From positions 313,348,001-313,412,000 of the forward strand of contig OZ024742.1 in NCBI GenBank assembly GCA_964016885.1: a DNA stretch of 64,000 nt, written 5' to 3'. Both the position numbers and the translations under genes were made by a program. Position 1 is the first letter of the stretch. Each line of letters opens with the position of its first letter. The notes under the pieces were generated by a model. The model searched no databases. It was not told the DNA's origin and saw nothing but the letters and a program-made list of their open reading frames with translations. Of this stretch, positions 53,236 to 64,000 are shown in pieces. This DNA comes from Eledone cirrhosa. Its lineage: Eukaryota.

Positions 53236-54205
53236 AGGCTATGGTAAAAACACTTGCTTCAGTTGCAATGCAATAAGATTGAACCAAGGCCCACATGATT
53301 GCAAAGCAAACTTCTTAATCACTCAGCCATGTCTGCATCCATGGCATCAAGCCTACACCACATGACAGCTGTGAACCAGACTCCCACACAGACACCAAAC
53401 ACACCTATACCTCCATTAACACCTACACCCATCAGTACTACCACTGCCATCACTGCTGCAGCATCACCTACACACCATCACCATCACTCCAATCCATGGA
53501 TCATGACAGTATTTTGAGCTGTCACCAGACACACATACACACAACTTCATAGACATACGTGTGTGTGGGTGTACATTCAGACGCACACAGCTGCATAAAC
53601 ATACTAAAACACATACGCACATAAATACGGATGTGAACACAGACAGACACACCAAAACAGCAAAGACACACCACTAAAAAAAACATACAACTGCATATAT
53701 ACACATACATGTAACTGTAGAGATATACAGTAACACACACAACAGCACGAACAATGTGCGTGAATGTGTAAGTCACAATTACATAGATATACAAACTAAC
53801 ACATTTATACACAGATATACACACTAACACACAACTACTTACATAGACACACACATACAAACCTGCAGTATCAAGTAAGAACCTACACACACACACACAC
53901 ACAAGTAACAAGATGACATCCTCTGTGGACCAGAGGGTGGATAGTAAGGTAGAGTGGACAGCACTAAAATGGGAGTGTATGGGAGGGAGGGAGAATAGAA
54001 AGGATCTTATATATATATATATATGAGGGGGAGAGAGAGAGAGAGAAGATATATGAGAGGGTTAGTGAAAATTACCATTTGGGGAGATAGACTAATTATA
54101 TATTCATTCATATATCATCATCATTGGCATCATTTATATTCATATATATATTCATACACACCCACACACACATATATATATATATATTCATACACACCCA
54201 CACAC

Positions 54206-54272
<67 letters not shown>

Positions 54273-54977
54273 AGGGGGAAACGAAGGTGTGGAGAGGCAG
54301 GAAGTAGTGGCTAAATCCATCAATATGTTAAAAGAGAGAGAGGGAGGGAGGGAGGGCGAGAGAGATGGTCAGTTTGTGGTGAAGGTGTGAGAGTACTGAG
54401 GCTGTTTCCTTCAGTGCTTTTACTATTGGACTGAAGTAGAGAGAGGCAGAGAGAGAAGGAAAGAAGAAAGGATGTAAGTGGTGGTGGGGGAGGTATGTAA
54501 AACAACAAGAGCAGTAGGTACAACAAACAGCCTGTGCACACACACATACAAATTACATGTGTATCTTATATATATGTATGTGTATATATATGTGTGTGTG
54601 TGTGTCAGACACACAATATATATATCTATATATATAATTAGAGAGAGCAAGAGAGAGTATGTGTGAGAGAGAGATGGATCAGTAGTGTGAATATTGATAG
54701 AATGAGACAGACATTAATAGAAAGATAGACACGTTGAGAGAGGGGAGGAGAAGGAGAAGAGAGAGGGAGATAAAAGGAGGACATGAGTGCTGGGAGGTGG
54801 AGGTGGAGAAAGAGAAAAAGAGGGGGTTAGATTTACAGAGGCCTATTAGCTAAGTGGAGGTTGGGACTACACATTGGGAGTGGGATGAGGAGGGGTCCTG
54901 ATGTTTTTCCTTGCTTGTTAGTGTCCACACATATATTGATCATTTACCAGGGAGATGTGACAATGTCCTTTCACAAT

Positions 54978-55020
<43 letters not shown>

Positions 55021-55209
55021 GAAACATGGGATTAACATCAGAGAACCAATAGACACACACACACACACACACATACATACATAAACACACACATATCGAT
55101 TGACTAGAATCTGGTAGTGAGATTGTGTGTATGTGTGTGTGTGTCTACATACACATGTCTAAAGGGAAAGGGAGGTGAGATAAAACTTGATAGTGATTAT
55201 ACATAGAGA

Positions 55210-55241
<32 letters not shown>

Positions 55242-55311
55242 ATAAACATATATATTTATATATATATATATATACATATATATTTATATATATATATATA
55301 TATATACATAC

Positions 55312-55344
<33 letters not shown>

Positions 55345-55349
55345 CATAC

Positions 55350-55383
<34 letters not shown>

Positions 55384-55401
55384 ATATACATACATACATA
55401 C

Positions 55402-55433
<32 letters not shown>

Positions 55434-55435
55434 AT

Positions 55436-55484
<49 letters not shown>

Positions 55485-55519
55485 CATAAACATATATATT
55501 TATATATATATATATACAC

Positions 55520-55570
<51 letters not shown>

Positions 55571-55609
55571 CATAAACATATATATTTATATATATATATA
55601 TACACATAT

Positions 55610-55666
<57 letters not shown>

Positions 55667-55905
55667 TATACATATACTCATACATATATATGCAAACATA
55701 TATATATATATACATATATATGCAAACATATATATATATACATATATATGCAAACATATATATATATACATATATATATATACACATATATATATATATA
55801 TAAATATATACACATATATATATATATATAAATATATACACATATATATATATATATACATATATATACACATATATATATACATACACACATATATATA
55901 TACAT

Positions 55906-55948
<43 letters not shown>

Positions 55949-56180
55949 CACATATATACATATATATATACATAAACATATATACATATATATATACATA
56001 AACATATATATATAATACAAACATACATAAACATACATATATAGACATACATATATATATACATACATATATTACATATATATATATATATATACATACA
56101 TATATAACATATATATACATACATATATATATATATATATACATACATATATATATATATATACATACATATATATATAT

Positions 56181-56211
<31 letters not shown>

Positions 56212-56319
56212 CATACATATATATATATATACATACATATATATATATATACATACATATATATATATATATACATACATATATATATATATACATACAT
56301 ATATATATATATACATACA

Positions 56320-56399
<80 letters not shown>

Positions 56400-56608
56400 C
56401 ATACATATATACATACATATATATATATATACATACATATATATATATATACATACATATATATATATACATACATATATATATATACATACATTCATAG
56501 ATATATATATATATACATACATACATACATACATAACATATATACATACACATATATATATACATATATACATACATACATACATATATATATAACATAT
56601 ATACATAC

Positions 56609-56639
<31 letters not shown>

Positions 56640-57140
56640 CATACATATATATATATATACATACATATATATATATATACATACATATATATATATACAT
56701 ACATACATATATATATATACCTACATACATATATATATACCTACATACATACACACATATATATATATACATATATACATATATACATACATACATACAT
56801 ATATACATACATACATACATACACATACATACATATATACATACATATATACACGCATACATATATATACGCATACATACATATACATATATACATGCAT
56901 ACATATATACATACATATACGCATACATATATATATATATATACACATACATATATATATATATACACATACATATATATATATATACACATACATATAT
57001 ATATATATACACATACATACATATATATATATATACACATACATACATACATATATATATATACACATACATACATACATATATATATATACACATACAT
57101 ACATACATATATATATACATACATACATATACACATACAT

Positions 57141-57204
<64 letters not shown>

Positions 57205-57327
57205 ACATACATACATATATATATATACATACAATATACACATACATACATACATATATATATATATACACATACATACATATATATACACATACATACA
57301 TACACATAGAGAGAGAGAGAGAGAGAA
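55210..57327. repeat. 2.1-kb (TA)n/(TACA)n array
   Basis: Visible periodicity; source of the longest spurious ORFs. Confidence 0.94.
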
Positions 57328-57605
57328 GGGGGGATAAAGCACGAGGGAGTTGGAGTAGTCAACCCATCTGATTGGTGTGTTTTATGTTGCAGCAGAAACA
57401 TTGAAGAGGGGGTGGGGTGGAATAGAGGGTGCTAGTGGCTGCAGAGGTGAGTGTCGAGGTGACAGAGGTGTGCCGGTCAGAACCACCCTCTCCATATACA
57501 CCACATGTACATGACAGAGACTATCTTTCATTCATAATTTTTTTTAAGCCCTTCAATATGTAGCTGCCACCCCCTCCTTTCTTCTCTCTTTCTCACACAC
57601 ACACG

Positions 57606-57636
<31 letters not shown>

Positions 57637-59299
57637 CAAACACTGAGGAATATGATAGCAATGACAATGACCAGCATCATTATTTTGTTTGCTTTGCTTT
57701 CCATGCTGGCATGAGCTGAATGGATTATTACAGTCCAAGTTCTTGTTTAGAGTTACTGTCATTGCAGACAAACCAGAAGACCAGGTCTTGCTCACGTACA
57801 TTCCATTCTTGGCATGGTTGCTAGAGCTGGATGTCCTTTCTAACAGCAAACACTTTACATTGAAACAAACATGTAGAAGACACTAGTCTGCACCAATATC
57901 ATGCCCTTTACCCCTCCAATATCCCAATACTTCCCATTCACCCTCACCAGCTAAATAACCCACACACTTCACCCATGTCAAACCTGCATACTTGTTCTGC
58001 CTCCACAACCCTCAGTCATGACCCCTGATACACCTTTCCTGACAAACCATGAAAAAAAAATGCCTGTAAGACGCTTGTGTTGGTGACACAAAAAAGTACC
58101 TAGTCCACCCTGTAAGGTGGTCGTGCTGGTGACACAATGAAAAGGGAAGAAAACAAGCCGAAATACAGATCCATATGAGCAAGACATGGTCACCTGACAT
58201 GAATTGTCTCATAACATGATAACCCGTTTAACGCATGCAAGCGTGGAAATATAGATGTTAAATATAGATGTTAAATGATGATGATAATGTGACACTAGTA
58301 CTACCACGATAGTTAAATCCTCAACATAACTGAAGAGCCCTCTCTATCATATGTTATCTCCAATCAATTGCTACTTCACATATGGTGCTGCTGGGTGCAT
58401 TTTATCATGGCACCAACACAAGGCAAATGTGATTAAGTGTGCAATTAGATGGGAAAGGATGGTCAAGTGTTAAAAGAGACGAGAGTATGATCATGCGAGG
58501 AGGAGGGCAGTGATCAGATAGATAATGGGGAAGGGTAATGGACAGTAATACAATATCGTTTGTAGTGGATAGCAGGTTGAATAGAAAACAGCATTAGCAA
58601 GGTGATGGGATAGCAATAGAGATGTGTCGATGTAGGAGAGATAGAACAACAGAGAAATGGGATGGTAAGTTAGAGTGATGGATGTTAACTAAAACAAGTC
58701 TCATGGGGATAGAGGAAGAATGGCAGTTAGTAGTAAAAAGTGGTAGTATTCAATATGGACATAAGTGAAATACTAACAAAGTGTCTCATGGAGGGAGAAC
58801 AAGAAAGTGAGACTGATGTGGATATAGACAGATATAACGTGGAGGTATAAGAGTGAAGGTGAGAGAAAGAGAGGGGTAGAGTGTTAATAATCATTTCTAA
58901 TTTAGGCACAAGGCCATCAATTTGTGGTATGGAGCAAGTTGATTTTTTGAACCTCAATACTTATCAGGTGCTTTATTTTATCGAGCCTGAAAAGATGAAA
59001 GGCAAAGTTGACTTTAGTGGAATTTGAATTCAGCAGGTAAAGAGCCATAAGCAAATACCACAAAGTATTTTGTCCGGTGTTAAGGGTTTTGGTTGCACAA
59101 GTAGTAGGAAATACAACTCCACGTGTACTCAAAGTTGATTATATCAACTCCAGTACTTGACTGGTACCTTATTTTATAAACCACGAAAGGATGAAAGGCA
59201 AAGTTGACCTCAGTAGATTCAAATGCAGAATGTAAAAGGTAACTATATAACTGCAAAGTATGTTGTCTGACATTACCAATACTGCCAACATAAATCTTC

Positions 59300-60060
59300 A
59301 CTCAAGGTCGATGGTTAGAATTGTACTTTGTACACAAGCATCATACAATCCCCCTTTCACTCTAGGAAAGAAACCCATTGCTGCCAGCAAAAGTAATAAC
59401 ACCCCGGACTCTACCTCCTGTTTTTACTCTGGCTACCATCTCCTTTGTCAATTAAGTCATCTAGGTAACAAAAGCTATCAATTACATCTAGATAGCCTTC
59501 TGAGAATTTAACATATTTCACATGTATTCTTACTGTTAACTATTCTAATTAATCTCCTACATATGGAATCTTTTTTTCTCTGCCAGCTTGACTGTGGTCC
59601 CACTGCACTTCTACATCTGTAGTTTATATTGGTTACACCATGTGTAATTCCTACCAACTGCTTTTCTCCATACCAAGCAGGGCCGCTTTCTAGATGGGAG
59701 CAAAGTCCTAATTTCCCCCTAACCCTGCTAACTAAAACTTTTGTCTTTGCAAGGTTTTGCATGTGTGTGTGTGTGTGTGTGTGTGTGCATGTATGTGCGT
59801 GCGTGCATGTATGTGTATTCATTTTTATCACACCTCTCACCCAGTCATTTTCATCCTCTTTCAACACATGATCCAACTCTCTCATTCCATTTCTCTTCAC
59901 CACATTTATCACTGGCTCTATTTCCATCATCCTCTACAATTTATCATCTTCCCTCTCTCTGAGTAATACCAAACCATTTCTATTAATATTTCACCATTTC
60001 CACTCTTTCCAACCTTCTCTGCTGCTCCACATTCACTACTATAAATCATGACATTTCTCA
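59300..60060 (-). mobile_element. Highly degenerate RTE LINE fragments (intronic)
   Basis: NLAKTKVLVS..SRK..CLV..K.VG.N relic and adjacent 3' ORF relic. Confidence 0.55.
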
Positions 60061-60370
60061 CACATGAAAATTTACACCTTTCCCTTCAGTTTAGCCAAAC
60101 TAAAAGCATATTCTGAAATCAAATCTTATGAAGGTGCACTTTTTACTTTTCATGTCTCATACCATTGATAAAATAAGTACCAGTAATATACTGATTTGAT
60201 TCTTACAGTTCTGTATGAGCCAGGCACTGTCATCTGACCCAACTTGCCTCAAACAGGACAACCCGTCTAACCCATGTTAGCATGGTAAAATGGACATTAA
60301 ATGATGATGATGATGATGTCTAATTTCCTTTACCTAGGTCCTCATAGTAAAATAAGAAATCAATATTTAC

Positions 60371-60509
60371 CAATAAATGTTCCGAGAAAAAATAACTTCA
60401 AAGGAACATTGATCACAGGTGCAGCAATATTGATAAACCAGTTAGGTAGGAATGGTGTAATTCGTAGGAAAATGATATAATTTAGCAAGTGTTCACGGTA
60501 AGATGCCAC
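60371..60509 (-). CDS. TMEM41B: TMEM41B coding exon (139 bp), VASYREHLLNYIIFLRITPFLPNWFINIAAPVINVPLKLFFLGTFIG
   Basis: FLRITPFLPNWFIN signature of the VTT domain. Acceptor tttcag, donor gtaaat. Confidence 0.96.
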
Positions 60510-60758
60510 CTGAAACAAATATAAATAGAGATTATATAAATACATGTGGTTGTTTAGTTAAGGAGTTCACCTTCCACTCACATGGTGTTGGGTTCAGTCC
60601 CAATGCATGGCACCTTTGGTAAATCTACCACAGCTTCAGACTGACCAACGACTTCTGAGAGACTGTGTGAAAGCCAGTTGTGTGTATGTGTGTGTGTGTG
60701 TGTATATATACATATACATATATTTTTCCAATTCCACCCCTCCCATCCCTTCATTCTT

Positions 60759-60787
60759 TCTTCTGATGAACATCCGAAACGTTAAGA
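60759..60787 (+). ncRNA. Decayed minimal hammerhead ribozyme
   Basis: TCTT-CTGATGA-ACATCC-GAAA-CG-TT^AAGA. Stem II cannot pair. Unit is bounded by microsatellites. Confidence 0.45.
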
Positions 60788-60868
60788 CCCTCTTCCTGCT
60801 ATTTCAAGCGTTAACCTAATATATTCCTTCCATATACTGTACCGATTGTGTTGTTATTTCTGTTTACC

Positions 60869-60924
<56 letters not shown>

Positions 60925-61020
60925 TGGTGTTGGCACCAAAGCAAGCACTCTATGTACAGGCAAGGCGTGTATATTAGAAAAAAAACAAGGGAGTTTTGTT
61001 TATTTTTTTTTTTTTGTCAC

Positions 61021-61119
61021 ATTGCCAGTCTGAAGAGCATATCTATAGTGGAGTCGGGTCCATAACTCCTATGGGTTACCTTGAGCCTATACTCTGTGAA
61101 ACGTGCGTAATAGGTCAAT
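61021..61119 (+). ncRNA. Type I hammerhead ribozyme with expanded 61-nt stem II domain (intronic, antisense to TMEM41B)
   Basis: ATTGCCAGT-CTGAAGA-[61 nt]-GAAA-CGTGCG-TA^ATAGGTCAAT. Flanked by an inverted repeat (about 60974-61002 and 61148-61174). Confidence 0.72.
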
Positions 61120-61632
61120 AAACAATAAATATCATATCATATACATGTAAACAAAACTTCCTTGTTTTTTTCTAAAATAAATATAAATATACCCCATCTA
61201 ACCCATGCTAGCGTGGAAGATGGACGTTAAACGAAGATGATGATTATGATATACATATATATTGTCGGTTCTACATATGATGCCTCTGGGATCATTGACC
61301 TAAGATAGCCCTAGTCTCATTGAACAAGAGCAAGAAGACAACATATATAAATATATATATACATATATATATATAAACACACACATACATGTGTGTGTGT
61401 GTCCATGCTGTTTGTTTATGTTCTGTAACTTAGCAATTCAACAAATAGAGATCAATAAAAACAGGTGCTGTAGTCATGATCAGCTAAAACTCTTCAAGGC
61501 AGCACTCCTGCATAGCCTCAGTTCAATGAGTGAAACCAAGAAAAGAATAAGATTATATGTATTTAACCCTTTAGCATTTAAACTGGCTGCATCCAGCCAG
61601 AATTCTCCTTGTTTGCTGATCTGGTGCCACAA

Positions 61633-61860
61633 CAAAAGCACCCAGTCCACGCTGTAATGTGGTCATGGTGGTGACATGACAAAAAACACCCAGTCCACAC
61701 AGTAAGATGGTTGTGTTGATGACAAGACAAAAAGCACCTAGTCCACATTGTAAGGTAGTCATGGTGGTGACAAGACAAAAAGCACTCAGTCCATGCTGTA
61801 AGGTGGTCATGGTGGTGACAAGACAAAAAGCACCCGGTCCACACTGTAAGGTGGTCGTGT
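61633..61860. repeat. ~47-bp tandem repeat derived from RTE/SINE 3' UTR
   Basis: AAAAGCACCCAGTCCACACTGTAAGGTGGTCATGGTGGTGACAAGAC-like units, about 5 copies. Confidence 0.75.
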
Positions 61861-62019
61861 CGAGAGAGAGAGGAGGTTGGTATCAAGAAGAGCCTAAAGC
61901 CATGGAATATTGCATCCAAAGTAAAAAAAAAAAAACTCATTCAACCCATGTCATCCTAGATAAGCAGACATAAAAATGACAATGATGTAGGATGAAGACA
62001 CAAACTTGTGGTTACTTGC

Positions 62020-62124
62020 CTGTGCTTGCCAGTCAGCCACTCTGGCTGGCCAGTACTTCTCTACAAGACGATGACCAACAAAATCAGCAATCAAATAACA
62101 AAATGAAGCACCAGTTGCAGAACA
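62020..62124 (-). CDS. TMEM41B: TMEM41B coding exon (105 bp), CSATGASFCYLIADFVGHRLVEKYWPARVADWQAQ
   Basis: Not in the ORF track; translated by hand. Acceptor ttaatag, donor CAG|gcaagt. Matches the CS..GASFCY.....VG..V.KY segment of TMEM41B. Phase 0 on both sides. Confidence 0.92.
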
Positions 62125-63074
62125 CTATTAATGAAAAGAACATAATATGAATAATAATAATGATTTCTGATTTATGGTTTCTGATTTAAGCACAAAGCCA
62201 ACAATTTTGGGAGAGGGGAAAGTAGATTAAATTTTACCACAGTACATCACTTTATTTTATCAACCCTATAAGGATGAACAATAATTGTTTCTACTTTAGG
62301 CACAAGGCCAGCAATTACCAGTGCATTACTGGTACTTTATTTTATCGACCCCGTAAGGATGAAAGGCAAAGTCAACCTCGGCGGGATTTGAACTCAGATG
62401 GTAAAGGGACGTAACTATGCTGGAAAGCATGGCGTCCGACCCTCTACCGATACTGCCAATCCACCGCCCTAGGATGAACAATAATAATGATTTCTTTATT
62501 AACCACAAGAGCTTGTACATACATAATAAATATCACAATCATAGAGGTTACAATCATAGAGGTTACATGGAGCTGGGCAAAGTTAGTATGAAAACAAATT
62601 AAAATTTGATAAAACATGAAATAAGTATAAAAGAATATAAAACATAGCAGAAAATATAATATAAAATATGACAAACATTTTGGGGTTGTAAACTTAATTG
62701 GCTGTACAGTTTAAAATGCCATCTGTTCCACTGTGTTATTTGAACCAAGCCCCCAGTTTGACAATACTTCCTTTGCACCCTCCCACCAAACTTGGAGGCT
62801 CCAAAAGTGCTCATGAGCACAGCCCTTTCCTATCTAACCCCTTCAATCTCTCAACACCAAAAGTGGTCACTGCCCTTCCCCATCTTACTAAACAGTAAGA
62901 AATAATTTAAAAAAATAAAATAAAAACTTATAGACAGTATCAAGAAACTTGTGTGCACATGTGTGTGTGTGTGTGTGCGAGCACGTGTCTGAGTATGAAT
63001 TTTTATGTATTTGTGTGAGTACATAGGACTGCGCATATGTGTGCATAAATAAAGTAGCGGAGTAATGCACTTAC

Positions 63075-63168
63075 CAGACAAACCAAAAATAAGGCCAACG
63101 GGAATGAGAAGAGGAAGCCAGAAAGAATACTAAGGAAGATGGACCCTGGAATGGCAAATGACTGTAAA
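63075..63168 (-). CDS. TMEM41B: TMEM41B coding exon (94 bp), LQSFAIPGSIFLSILSGFLFSFPLALFLVCL
   Basis: VTT/DedA (SNARE_assoc) domain motif FAIPGS. Acceptor ...catcag, donor gtaagt. Confidence 0.95.
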
Positions 63169-63965
63169 CTGATGCAGTTAAGGTAAATACAACTTAATAG
63201 AATAATTACACAGAGGAACAAAAGGAGAGAAAAAAAACAAAAGAGAAAAAAAAATATCAAAGCATTAAAGAATGTTGCGAGTCATAATTTCTAATTTAGG
63301 CACATCATCATCATCGTTTTACATTTGTTTTTCCATGCTTGCATTAGCTGGATGGGTCTTTTCCAACACAGCATCTCTCTACTCATCGCAGCCCTTTGTC
63401 AATTCAACTGTGAGCTTCAGCACAACCCCAGTACTTGACTGGTACTTTATGCTGTCAACCCTGGAAGGAGGAGCTTCAGCATAACCCCAGTACTTGACTG
63501 GTACTTTATGTTATCAACCCTGGAAGAATGAGCTTCAGCACAGCCCCCGTACTTGACTGGTACTTTATTTTATTGACCCTGGAAAGACGAAAGGCAAAGT
63601 TCACCTTGGTGGGATTTGAACTCAGAATGTAAAGAGCCAGAACAAATGCCACAATGGTCCTATATCTGATTCTCTACCAATTCTGCCAAATATTTATTAA
63701 TTTAGGTACAAGGCCAGCAGTTTTGGCAGAAAGTCAAAGTTATTAAATCAGCGTCAGTACTAGAATGGTACTTTATTTTATTGACCCTGGAAGGATGAAA
63801 GGTAAAGTTAACCCCAGCGACATTTGAACTCAGAGAACAGACAGAGTCAGAATAAATGACATGAGGCATTTTTTTTTGTCTGACACACACTCACAACCCT
63901 GCCAATCCACGACCCTGACAAACACCTCAGATAATAAAGAACGATAAAGTTACTGCAAAGGATAC
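63169..63965 (-). promoter_or_regulatory. TMEM41B: U12-type (minor spliceosome) GT-AG intron, 797 bp
   Basis: 5' splice site GTATCCTTT (63957-63965). Branch point CCTTAAC (63177-63183) about 10 nt from the AG. No polypyrimidine tract. Confidence 0.93.
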
Positions 63966-64000
63966 AAAATATAGACGAGAAAATACCCAGCAAGAACTTG
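63966..64000 (-). CDS. TMEM41B: TMEM41B/Stasimon coding exon (5' part outside window), QVLAGYFLVYIF
   Basis: Minus strand reads CAA GTT CTT GCT GGG TAT TTT CTC GTC TAT ATT TT|GTATCCTTT. This matches the QVL.AYF..YIF segment preceding LQ.FAIPGS in TMEM41B. Phase 2 joins the single T opening the next exon. Confidence 0.9.

Larger units (their letters stand above)
60510..62019 (-). promoter_or_regulatory. TMEM41B: GC-AG intron, 1510 bp
   Basis: CAG|GCAAGT is the donor that keeps the reading frame. The GT 4 nt downstream would shift the frame. Confidence 0.85.

Noticed and set aside
55159-57401. Long ORFs up to 554 aa rich in Y, I, M, C, V (also 40709-42024, 46204-48743, 19146-19809)
   Set aside because: Translations of (TA)n and (TACA)n arrays, which lack stop codons in some frames. 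No protein-like content.

Overview
Eukaryotic, AT-rich, repeat-saturated genomic DNA. The SINE, RTE-LINE and microsatellite content is characteristic of a coleoid cephalopod, most likely Octopus (inference). The only host gene found is the 3' part of TMEM41B/Stasimon on the minus strand, with five coding exons (63966-64000 partial, 63075-63168, 62020-62124, 60371-60509, 44838-45007). It contains a complete U12-type intron and a GC-AG intron. The rest is transposon relics (RTE and HERO-like LINEs, a Naiad-type Penelope-like element, mariner, Helitrons, piggyBac/hAT/Tc1-type MITEs, tRNA-derived SINEs) and large (TA)n-derived arrays. The most notable signal lies outside the ORF track: seven near-complete and about five decayed type I hammerhead ribozymes in short non-coding units embedded in (TA)n. 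Three of them carry a ~60-nt, two-hairpin domain in place of stem II with a shared CCTYGAGC motif. Nearly all ORFs in the supplied track are microsatellite translation artefacts. All RNA folds were read by eye and are untested.
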